A DNA stretch of 64,000 nt. Source: Octopus sinensis. Taxonomy: Eukaryota. The notes beneath the pieces are model-generated. The model saw only the letters and a list, made by a program, of their open reading frames with translations, did not search any database and had not been told where the DNA came from. Where the stretch lies: contig NC_043015.1 of the NCBI RefSeq assembly GCF_006345805.1, positions 12,958,001 to 13,022,000 on the forward strand, in the 5' to 3' direction. Shown piece after piece: positions 53,210 to 64,000 of the stretch. The position numbers and the translations under genes were made by a program. The number at the start of each line of letters is the position of its first letter. Positions within the stretch are counted from its first letter, which is position 1.

Positions 53210-53624
53210 CTGAAATAAAAAAAAAACAAAATGTATATAATGACCATATCCATCAGTTACCACAGCAAATGATGTTATTCATTTATTTATTATTTTTTTT
53301 TTATGACAATTCGTAATTCCTTCATGATATTATGCAGATTTCTTTACATTAATACATCACCGTTATTGTTATTATCCCTGCCTTCCTGAGCTAATTTTCC
53401 ACCACATTTCTTAAAAATTGTGGTAGAGGCCTTGGTCTTGGGGCCACTCATATCTAGAAACTGAGGTTGTACGTAAGCAAGGATATGCTTCCCATAGAAA
53501 ACCCAGCTCCTTTGATAGCAAAGGAGAATGGGCACCAGCCAGCCAGCCCAAAGGTTGGGGTGGCCTGCACCTGCCTACCTTGGTTGCTATGGCATTGAGG
53601 GAGACAAAAGCCAGATTTAAAACA

Positions 53625-53661
<37 letters not shown>

Positions 53662-54751
53662 TGGCTTAAATGAGTATACAATGCCTGATGTTCCAAAATA
53701 TCTCTGTAATTTCTCATTAGTTAAACTTCCAAAACTGGAATCAATAATGCTATTCTCAATCTTCGTTATCTTAAATCCTAATTTACAACAGCTAATGTAA
53801 AAAGTGAACAGCAATAGTTAGAACATTCATAGAAAAATGCTGTATTCAAACCCAATAGTTTAGACAGTTTAAATCTATATTATAATTGCCTGATGTCTCA
53901 ATGGTAGAGTACCAAATCTAGTCTGTAATTTATCATTAACTCAATAAAAAAGTGTTCTTAGCTTGAGTCTAATTGCAGTCAAATTAGTTGCTTACATGTT
54001 TGAAGTCTACAATTATAAAACAACTACTAATAATAGAAGAGGATAACTGGTTAAAATGTAGAGAAGGTTAAGTCTGTTGCAGAACTGATCAAAATAAAAT
54101 TGAAAATTGATTGTAAACAACAACAACAACAACAACAGTAACAATGATTTATTTCTCTACAATAAATATTATCCAAAGAGAGAGAGTGAGAGAGAAAGAA
54201 ACCTAGTATTTGACAATGAAGAGCTAGATGAAAGGCTAAGTCAACCGGAGTAGGATTTGAACTCAGATGAAGAGAGTTGGAACAAATATCACAAAGCATT
54301 CCACCCATGCTCGCATGGAAGAAAGATGTTAAATGATGATGATGATGATTTTATCTGATGTTCTAATACCTGCCAATTCACTACCTTATGATAGTCTCTA
54401 TGAAATAATAAAATCCATTTTTTTTATAACCTAAGCAAAATGGGAAAGTGAATGGGAAACTATAAGATTCATGGCTTCTACAAAAATATTAGGAATGTTT
54501 GTGAAGTGAAATGTTTTAAAGAGGGAGTCAAAGCAATAACCTGAAGTGAATATTTCAAGAACTTAACTTCAATGGCAGTTACAACAAAACAATAATATTA
54601 ATCTAGCATTAATCGATAAAACGGAAATCAAGGTTCACTACCAGAATAGTTTTAATAGAATTTCTGTCTTATTGAACATTGGAAGGCTAGAAAATTTGTG
54701 AAATACCAACTGGTTAGAGTTACAAGTGCAAAAAAGGTATAACGGTATTTA

Positions 54752-54982
54752 GGTGGCGAGCTGGCAGAAACGTTACCATGCCGGGCAAAATGCTTAGCGG
54801 TATTTTGTCTGCCGCTATGTTCTGAGTTCAAATTCCGCTGACGTCGACTTTGCCTTTCATCCTTTCAGAGTCGTTTAAATAAGTACCAGTTATGCACTGG
54901 GGTCGATATAATCGACTTAATCCGTTTGTCTGTCCTTGTTTGTCCTCTCTGTGTTTAGCCCCTTGTGAGTAGTAAAGAAATA
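54752..54982 (+). mobile_element. Near-intact SINE family A, about 50 nt from a PPT1 splice donor
   Basis: Full copy with 8-bp TSD GGTATTTA (54744-54751 and 54983-54990). Confidence 0.9.
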
Positions 54983-55035
54983 GGTATTTAAGATTGAATA
55001 GTGTTATAGTAAAATGACAAATAGTAAAGACTTAC

Positions 55036-55126
55036 CTGCTCTAAATTGATGTCAGCCAAGAAAATGCTCTTATTTTTATATTCACTTTCATTAAAAGGAT
55101 CATGCCAATATTGAGCTTGTACAACA
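55036..55126 (-). CDS. PPT1: PPT1 exon (human exon 6 equivalent, 91 nt)
   Basis: tttcag|[31 protein letters not shown]|gtaagt. Confidence 0.93.
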
Positions 55127-56102
55127 CTGAAACAGAAAAAGTTCAGAATATCTGAATATTTAAAATCTAATTATCACTTTAAAGAAGATTAACTGAACAA
55201 TGTCAGTAATATATATTTTATATATCTGAGAACGTAACTAGAATTATATACCAAGGGGAGAGCTCAGCATAAAATATCATCTTTAGCTTGGTTTTCTCAA
55301 GTAACAAAGCTTACTGTAATAATGTTCAGTTTCTTTTGCATATTCATGAGATTATATATATATATATATATATATATAGCTTCTTTTTCAGCTGCTCATC
55401 AAAGGTCAACATTGACTGTTTTTGCTCAGTAATCATCTCTAGCAGGCTTGCATATGGGCCACAAAGCCTGCTCTCAATCTACAATAGTGATGACATCTGC
55501 TGTAAGTGAAACTACTTAATGCAGTGGAGAAGTGATGCTTCTCATGTGCTCTTTCATATACATATAAATACAGACATGGCTGTGTGGTTATTATAGACAA
55601 ACGCATAAATGTACAGTTATGAACTTCGATTCATAACCATATGGTTTCTGGTTCCATTCCATTCTATAGCGTCTTGGACAAGTGTCTTCTACTATATCCA
55701 CAGATTAACCAATACCTTGTGAGTGAAACTGGTTGATGGAAACTGTATTAAAGCCCCACCCCCATCAATATGTGTGCATGACATTTTTCTTGCTCTTGTT
55801 AACAAATCATCCACTGGCTTGTGTCTTTGAAGACAAGTGGAATAAGAGACTCTTACTTAAAAAACTGGTAATTTAATACTAATTCTATACAAATCAAGTA
55901 TATTAGTTTTTCCTGATTGATTAGGTTTTGAAACTAGTGTTCAGTTAAGCCAAATCATATTTTACATTAATATAATGTTCTGCTACTCAAAACATGTCAG
56001 ACAACAACACATTTTAATATAGATCTACTTAACTCATGCAAACATGGAATAATTGCTTTTATACAGAATTATTTAAAAAATTAATTAAAAGAAATTACTT
56101 AC

Positions 56103-56117
56103 TGATCTTGGACGAAA
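56103..56117 (-). CDS. PPT1: PPT1 15-nt microexon
   Basis: gtttgttttgtttttcag|TTTCGTCCAAGATCA|gtaagt; phase 2-2. Supplies exactly the five missing residues to give GAYKSFVQDHVVQAQYW. Confidence 0.88.
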
Positions 56118-56262
56118 CTGAAAAACAAAACAAACAATATTTATATAGTAGTTTGATAATCAAATATTATGATTTTTTTAGCTTCAAATTTATCTTATTT
56201 CTATATGACCACAATGTAGTGTTACAGCATTGCTATTTTGAATAGCTAAGAGTTGACAGTAA

Positions 56263-56953
56263 TCTATATATATATAAAACTCAACTTGTGTGTCTGTTTG
56301 TGTATCTGTGTGTGCGTCTGCGTGTTTAACTTCCCGGCACATCTCCTCCTAGCCAACAAATCGTAGAACCACCAAAAATGGGTCACTTAAAGTTTAGGCG
56401 AATGAAAATTGAACTGTGCTATTTCTCTTCCGAAATTCATCTCGCAAGTGCAAAAATCGATAATGTGTTTGTTTAGGCCTTATCCCATGCATTGAATAGT
56501 GAACTTTACTCAGTCAGCTGTTTGATGTGAACTGTGTTCACCACACGTGCAAGCATGCGTAAATTGCATGAAAAATAAAAAATCAAGATATAAAAACGAA
56601 TTGCCGTAAACATTGTAGAAATTCGGCAAAGAAATGAATTTCGGGATGTAGCCTGGAGGGTTTTTTCGCATTAATCGTTTGGACTTTGTGAACATATACC
56701 AATTGTTTTCATAACATTTTTAACGCTTTGAATTAAATGCGACCATTTTGCGTTGAGTCTGCAGTTTGAATCACTTTAACCAAATTTTAGCAGGCCGGAT
56801 TTTTGATCATCATGATACATCGCCAGCGACTCCCTGAAACTCTCCCCTGAAATCCCCGTTGAGAAATCTATTATATATATAATAATACTTTGAATGTGAC
56901 TCCTGAGAAAGAGTAAAAGTAATTATCCGATGAACGACGGGTATTACTGCTAG
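56263..56953 (+). mobile_element. Non-autonomous Helitron
   Basis: A|TC...CTAG|T termini, with a short ccg...cgg hairpin just before CTAG. Confidence 0.7.
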
Positions 56954-56990
56954 TAGATTATAAAACACAATGATGAATAGCACTGATTTG

Positions 56991-57217
56991 CCCCTTTAGC
57001 GTTCGGATTATTCTGTCAAATGTAATGCTTCTTTATTCACATTGTTTTGAATTGATCCCTGCATCATCTCATAATTTCAAGATTTCAATGATGTGATTGT
57101 ATATTTTTTTAAATGACACTGTAAGGGAGGTGTGAGAGGTCAGATGTGGCCAGTTTGGACATAAAACAGGTAGAATATTTGGGTCAGATATGGCCAGTTT
57201 AAATGATAAAGGGTTAA
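56991..57217. mobile_element. piggyBac-like MITE
   Basis: CCCTTTA.../...TAAAGGG termini with TTAA on the right side; left TTAA decayed. Confidence 0.5.
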
Positions 57218-57559
57218 TACAAACAGTCAACACATGAGTGAAATTGAGTAAAATATGTTTACTTTTGAGGAGATTTAATTAAGATTAAAACATGTTTATT
57301 GCTTTCATTAAATAGCATTCGAAACAAGATCCACCCATGACTATCATTTGTTTCTTAAATATTTTGACTAGCTCATTTTATTGAAATTAATTCATTCTTT
57401 TCTGGAGAGAGTTTTTATTGAATATTGATCTCCTTTGACTTGATTTGTAATAGGAATACTTGCAGTTAACTGAACCAATAGAATGGTTATATCAATTAGC
57501 AAAATCATTGTTGGTTAATTCTTGCCAACAATCCATCTAACTGTAAATAGATACAATGG

Positions 57560-57848
57560 GCCAGACGTGGCCGTTGCCAGCCTCGCCTGGCCTCTGTGCC
57601 GGTGGCACGTAAAAAGCACCATCTGATCATGGCCATTTGCCAGCCTCGTCTGGCACCTGTGCAGGTGGCACATAAAAAGCAACCACTACACTCTCGGAGT
57701 GGTTGGCATTAGGAAGGGCATCCAGCTGTAGAAACACTGCTAGATCAGACTGGGCCTGGCGCAGACTTCTGGCTTTCCAGACCCCAGTTGAACCGTCCAA
57801 CCCATGCTAGCATGGAAAACGGATGCTAAACGATGATGATGATGATGG
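57560..57848 (+). mobile_element. SINE family B
   Basis: Same core and (GAT)n tail. Confidence 0.88.
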
Positions 57849-58319
57849 ATCAGAGCTGTTCATGGTTAACTGCCGAGTGCTTTGTATGCAGTATTCAGCT
57901 CAAATTGTCTTATAGGCCTGGGAAAGATAGCAAGAAAATACAATCTTTCTTTGAATTATTATGTAAAAGACAAAAATTTCAGTAGTGTCCTATAAGACTG
58001 ATAAATTATAGAACTGCTTGTTAAATATTTAGTGTTTAGCTATAAATTTTATATATTGATATTGCTCGGGTACAGAAAATGTAATATATTTAGACACTGT
58101 GAAATGTTTAGACATGAGTGCTGTTTGCATGTTCCTTAGTTATACAATTAAAATGTCAAACATTAAATTATTCACTTATGAATGTATAAATTTTATGATA
58201 CATTCACCCATATACATAAATGAAAGTAAAAAAAAAAAAAATGAACATTTTTAATGAAAAGCTAAAAAAGAAAAAAAAAACTGAAATGTTTCAGAAAGAA
58301 GAAACAAAATGTCTGATAC

Positions 58320-58407
58320 CTCTTATATGCTCCCATGTTCAGCATTTTACGTATCATGTCACACAGAGTAGAATTTTGACCGGGACAGTGTGGAATTCCA
58401 AAGACAC
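58320..58407 (-). CDS. PPT1: PPT1 exon (5' 88 nt of human exon 5 equivalent)
   Basis: ccaag|(G)[28 protein letters not shown]-ag|gtatca. Confidence 0.92.
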
Positions 58408-58489
58408 CTTGGATAGACAATAAATAAGATAAAGAATTTTCTAAAGATGACAAATTAAATGAATGAAGTCATACTTTACATCTTTTGCT

Positions 58490-58840
58490 TTTACTTGCTT
58501 CAATCATTAGACTGCAACCATGCTGAGGCACCGCCTTGAAGAATTTTTAGTTGAACGAATCGACCCCAGTACTTATTTTTTAAGCCTAGTACTTATTCTA
58601 TTGGTCTCTTTTACTGAACTGATAAGTTATGGGGATGTAAACATACCAACACCAGTTGTCAAGCAGTGCTGGGGGATAAACACAGACACAAGACACACAC
58701 ACACACGACAAGCTTCTTTCAGTCTCCATCTGCCAAATCTACTCACAAAGTTTTGGTGGGTCCAAGGCTATAGTAGAAGATACCATGCAGTGGAACTGAA
58801 CCTGGAACCATGTGGTTGGGAAATAATCTTCTTACCACCC
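58490..58840 (-). mobile_element. SINE family C
   Basis: Reverse tail (ttttacttgcttcaatcatt...) and head (...ccatgtggttggg). Confidence 0.8.
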
Positions 58841-59185
58841 ACCTCGATTCACTATTAATTTTTGTTTCAATAATATTTTTAAAATGTATCATTAAAACAC
58901 GATATTGTTAAGTGAGAGAGGTTAGATCAGAGGTTAGCAGGGATTAGATCAAAGGGAAGATAACAAGAATTTATGCAACTTAAGAAATTTTGCCCTCACT
59001 GGAAAGATGATGTAAGATTCAGATGCATGGGGGATATACTGCAGAGTACCTGTTCAAAGTGGAAAATGGGCATGGTGATGATGATGATGATGTTGGAGAT
59101 GATAATGTGGAAGGAAAACAACTGGAAAAGAATTTTCAATTAAACTAGGGCTCAGCTATTTATTTTCTTATGTTAGTCAAAGGAG

Positions 59186-59504
59186 CAGTATTTCTCAACT
59201 AGGGTCCATATAAGATTTTGGGGGTTCACCCAACAAAATAGTAAATTGGGAATCCAGATTAATCTTTTAAGAGCCCTTGAAAAAACTCTGCTTTAGATGT
59301 ATGTATTGCAAGAAACAGCAAGGTTTCTTTCTCTAACATTTTACATAGTCCAGCCTACACAAGTGAACGTGTGAAAAGCAAAATAGGGGTTTCTAAATAA
59401 GTATCAATAAAACTAGTTTTTAAACATCAAATGGCTATGGGGGTCCACCAGAATAAAATAATAATCAAAGGGGTTCATAGACAAAAAATGGTTGAGAACC
59501 CCTG
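59186..59504. mobile_element. hAT (Charlie-like) MITE
   Basis: CAGTATTTCTCAAC.../...GTTGAGAACCCCTG imperfect TIRs; TSD not conserved. Confidence 0.5.
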
Positions 59505-60107
59505 CTGTAGAGGGTGCAGTTTTTAGTGGAGTAGGTGGGGAAAGAGTGATGGTGGTGGTGGTGGTATGTGAGTTAAAACAAAGTTTTTAGTGTGATACCC
59601 AGAAGGGATGATGAGAAGAGATATAGGTGTGTCATATGGGTGTGGGTGGAGAGAATAGACAGCCAGCTACTTCAGATGAGCAGGAACTTTTGCTGTAGCA
59701 CAAATAAGAGACAGAAAGAAGAATCAGAAGTTGTAATATGATTTCAAGTTTTGGCACAAGGCCAGCAAATTTGGAGCAGGGGTAAGTTGATTACATCAAC
59801 TCCAGTACTCAACTAGCACTTATTTTATTAACCATGAAAGGATGAAAGGCTGGGTTGACCTCATTGGAATTTGGACTCAGAATGTAAAGACAGATGACAT
59901 GCCACTAAGTATTTGGCCTGGAGTTCTAACGATTCTGCCAGTTTGCTGTCTTCAGAAGTTGTAATATCAACAACATAACTAAGAGGAAAATACTTGAAGG
60001 GAATGTTGTCCTGCATATCAAATATATATATTGTAGGTTCTCATACTTGCAATATAGTGGACTGAAAATTTTCACTTAACTGAGATTATCCAATAAGAAA
60101 AGCAAAA

Positions 60108-60165
<58 letters not shown>

Positions 60166-60172
60166 TTTATAA

Positions 60173-60364
60173 TTATAAGCATAATTTATAATTAGGGTTC
60201 AGCAAAATTGCTTCACCATATACCAAAATTTAGAAATAGCAGTTAAATACTATTCCACTACCATAAGATGTCTGAGAGATATCTTAGTATTTAACAGCTA
60301 TTTCTAAATTTCGGGATGTGGTGGAGCAATTTTGCTGAACCCTAATTATAAATTATGCTTATAA
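60173..60364. mobile_element. 192-bp palindromic MITE in a PPT1 intron
   Basis: 79-bp arms (60173-60251 and 60286-60364), five mismatches by hand count, 34-bp spacer. Confidence 0.82.
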
Positions 60365-61513
60365 CATTTTTGTATAAGGTTACTAATAATGGTTCTTTTA
60401 ACATACCGAACTACTTGGTAAAATTATTAATTATTAATTTTACCCTATATTATTATTGATATATATATAGATATATTTAACAACAAATGCGAGAAAGTTC
60501 CCTCAAAAAGTTAACAAGGAATTTAAAAAAAAAATCTCCACACCCAAATTACAAAGAACTTACTAGATCTATGAACTAAAATTTATATCATAAAAAATAA
60601 TAAACTAAACTGCTTAGAACTACCAGTGAAGTCATCCTTTTTCTTTTTTCAAATATACCTAACTGTACAAAGAAAGTTATGTTGCTGAGTGAATATTTGC
60701 TAATTAGGTGAATGGCCGTTTTTGGGATGCAATCTGGTCTAGATGTGTGTTCATGTGTACGTTTGCATTTAAGTATGTAGAAAGTAGCCTTATCACAGAT
60801 ACGCTATCATATTCCTATACAGGTCTTACTTGGACTCTGTAAAGAGGCAGCAAATAATGAAGGCTGAGATAATCATCTGGCACCAATGAGGATGCTTAGT
60901 TTTGGGGTTGTAAATTTGCAAATAATGTATATCTATATAGGCATCCTGAAAAATCAGAGACTGTGAAGTCTAGCATGGACTTGTAGTGAGCAAGTTTTAA
61001 AGTTGTATATTGTTTATTACTAGAGGGGCTGAGATACAAAGCTGTTTCATTGACAAGTATGGTGATTATGTCACTGTGTTGTTGAAAGCGGTTGTATTCA
61101 AGTTCCCTTTGAAGGTAATTGTTCACAGAGGCAACCAAATCTAGCATGAGTTGTCTGTAGATGACACCTGTGTATGGAAGACTAAGGAAAAGTGAAGGGT
61201 GATATCATATAGATAGGAATGTGTGTTGTTAGAAGTGACATAAAGTGTGCTAAAAATAATTAGAATTTACACCAAATATGTCATATTTTTCTGTTTCATG
61301 GGAGAAAATAGAAAATATGTCTAAAGAATATAATGTGGCTGGTTCAATGTATTAAAACAACATACAACCATAAACGACCTCCTTTATTGATCAGTTCAAA
61401 TTAATGCATAAGGCACAGCACCTTGGGCTTGTGTCTTTTTCTATAACCGCAAGCTGACCAAAGTGAATAGATTTATAGAGGGAAACTGAAAGAAGCCAGC
61501 TGCACACGCACGC

Positions 61514-61563
<50 letters not shown>

Positions 61564-61565
<2 letters not shown>

Positions 61566-61971
61566 TAATTGTTCAGTTTGGTTAGATTAAAAAAGTAAAT
61601 AAAAATTAAGCAAACTTTTTACACTTTACTTTTTACACAACATTAACACTGGCGAAATATGACTTCTCTCAAAAAATGGAGGGCAAGAAACAGATTTGCT
61701 CCTTTTGCAACGCTTGCAGTTCCATAATTTTCCATCAGCAACATCACCATATATAGTAAGGCCACATGGTGAATTACAATTTTCACAGGTGTACATATTC
61801 ATAATTAGTTGACACCATGCCAACCACTGAAGAATGTTGTCTCCAGCTTTTCTGAATTCAATGATAGTCCATGATTCCTCTAAGATTGATTCATCCTTTT
61901 GCTTCTTTTATTACTTATCTTCCTTTTAATTTTTATTTACTTTTTTAATCTAACCAAACTGAACAATTACC
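61564..61971 (-). mobile_element. Merlin internal-deletion derivative inserted in (TA)n
   Basis: Perfect 46-bp TIR (GGTAATTGTTCAGTTTGG...; 61564-61609 and 61926-61971) and a transposase zinc-finger remnant, CENCNSPC...DGKLWNCKRCKRSKSV...FFERS. Confidence 0.88.
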
Positions 61972-62009
<38 letters not shown>

Positions 62010-62013
<4 letters not shown>

Positions 62014-62352
62014 CGTGGCCGATGCCAGCGCCGCCTCGACTGGCTTCCGCGTCAGTGGCACGTAAAAAGCACCATCCGAAGCCAGTGCCGCCTCGACTGG
62101 CTTCCGTGCAGGTGGCATGTAAAATGCACCAATCCAACCGTGGCCGATGCCAGCCTCGCCTGGCACCAGTGCAGGTGGCACATAAAAAGCACCCACTACA
62201 CTCACGGAGTGGTTGGCGTTAGGAAGGGCATCCAGCTGTAGAAACATTGTCAGATAAGACGGGAGCCTGGTGCAGCCTTCTGGCTTCCCAGATCCCCGGT
62301 CGAACCGCCCAACCCATGCTAGCATGGAGAATGGACGTTAAACGACGATGAT
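62010..62352 (+). mobile_element. SINE family B
   Basis: Internal repeats, core and gatgatgat tail. Confidence 0.88.
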
Positions 62353-63973
62353 ACATATATAATTAATTAAAAAAGTGGAGGTAAAAAGGACAACAAGAAA
62401 AAAACAATGCTAGGACATGGTTCATGCAAAGTATTAATAAGATGCTTGAAGAAAGAAAGAAAGAAAGGGTGTTTTACGTTTTGAGGAAAGCTCTTCTTCA
62501 GAAACAGGAGAAAGGGGGAAAGTTCAAAAGAAGAGGAAGACAGAGGCAAAAAAATCGCCAACAGTCCACAGGTGGTTATATTTTGGAATGATTGGAAGTA
62601 GATGGACAAAGAGAAAGTGCTTTCTGAGAGAGGAGAGTGTGAAGAAAGGATGGTAACTGTATGTATGTGTGGGTGTGTGCACATGCACATATGCATATAT
62701 ATATATACACATATATATTTATATATGTATGTGTGCGTGTGTTTGTGTGTACCTTTGTCTAGACATTATGAGATGGTTGTAATGGGCATCATCATTATCA
62801 TCATCATGAGAAACATCATCGTAAGAAACTGTTCTTTTCCTACGTCCAGTTATAGGAAAATATTACCTTGCTTGGAAACAGGTGAGGGATGGTGACAGGA
62901 AGGGCATCCAGTTGTAGAAAATCTACCTTCACAAATTCTGTCTGACTCATGCAAGCATGGACAAGCGAATGTTAAACGACAATAATGATGATGATGATGA
63001 AGTGTTAGAAAACATATGTTTCAGTACAAGATGTTCAGAGCAAGAGTTTCAAACGTGAGTAGAAAGTAACAGAATAAGATGAATAAAACAATAGCATATC
63101 ACCTCATTCTTAAATGTTTTGGCAGATTCAAATGTGAATATCTGATTGCTGATATTTTTCAGCAATGGAGAACAGTCCCTCTCTTCGGATGATTCGTGTT
63201 CTTAACACATATATTTCACCAGTTCACTGGTGGAAGGGGACTTTGAGATATTGTGGTGTATTGACATTGTTATTTGTTTCTTCAGTTAAACTAATCCTTC
63301 CAGATTAATGAATCTGACAAGAGTGTGAACTCTTGTTTATAGGAATCAGTAAACAAATTATTTGTTGATGCCTGTCAAACAGATAATGATTCATAGGGTG
63401 CGCACAGAACGGTAAAAATCCAATCAATAATGTAATCTATTCTTAAAACATTCTGGCAGATCTGAATATTTGATTGCTGTTATTTTTCCTAAGCAGAGAA
63501 CGTCTCCTCTCTTTAGATGATGTATGTTTATAACATATGTGATTCACCAACAAGGGGTGAGGAATGAATAAAATTATTATATAACATGAATAAAATTAAA
63601 ACAAAAAAGTTCAAATATAATTTTTGTTAGAAAGCATCAAGTCAAATTATTATATAAAATGAATAAGATTTAAAACAAAAAAAAAAATTTGAATCTAATT
63701 TTTGTTAGAAAACATCAAGTCAAATTTTAATAGAAAAAAAGCAGAAAATCACATAGCATAAGGTCTTTTTTTCTCTGTGTATACACATACGTTCCTTTCT
63801 CCTCCATGAAACTTAGTATCCTTATCAATATTTACTGATAACTAGTAATTTAAGTCACATTAGCATAGCTAAAACATAATCAATACTATAGTGACACAAA
63901 ACAGTTGCAAAGATGATTTTTTAATTACATAACATATAAACTATAACTGAAACTACATTCTTACAATACACAC

Positions 63974-64000
63974 CTTGATGTTGGCCTCCAACAGATATCA
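63974..64000 (-). CDS. PPT1: PPT1 exon, partial (3' end of human exon 4 equivalent; gene continues beyond the window)
   Basis: ...LISVGGQHQ-G|gtgtgt; the phase joins the 58407 exon to give GGQHQGVFG. Confidence 0.9.

Noticed and set aside
53344-53814. Exon-like minus-strand ORFs inside the PPT1 intron
   Set aside because: PPT1 splices completely without them (55036 to 53209, phase 0), and I recognise no homology.
60896-61147. 83-aa minus-strand ORF in a PPT1 intron
   Set aside because: No recognisable family or convincing splice sites; probably decayed transposon sequence.

Overview
AT-rich, repeat-dense animal genomic DNA. The SINE, microsatellite and MITE complement looks like an octopus or other coleoid cephalopod genome, which is an inference from repeat families. 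All host genes I can support are on the minus strand: (1) the start of an unidentified MGNC-type lipid-anchored protein at the left edge (1-159), with a CCAAT-box promoter region just upstream; (2) a tandem pair of single-coding-exon tan-like C45 (Ntn-hydrolase) genes, one intact (20944-22143) and one with a 1-nt frameshift near its 5' end (27083-28275); (3) the 3' two-thirds of PPT1 (palmitoyl-protein thioesterase 1), reconstructed exon by exon from 64000 to 50309, including a 15-nt microexon the ORF track misses. The rest is mobile-element debris: three abundant SINE families, RLE-clade and Tx1 non-LTR fragments, Gypsy pieces, Helitron/Helentron pieces, several Merlin (IS1595-like) elements, MITE hairpins, and Naiad-type Penelope-like retroelements with one structurally intact type I hammerhead ribozyme (34806-34911) and decayed ones. 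Most ORF-track entries are microsatellite or repeat artefacts. No rRNA, bona fide tRNA or CRISPR array was seen. Repeat boundaries are approximate unless a TSD or TIR is quoted.
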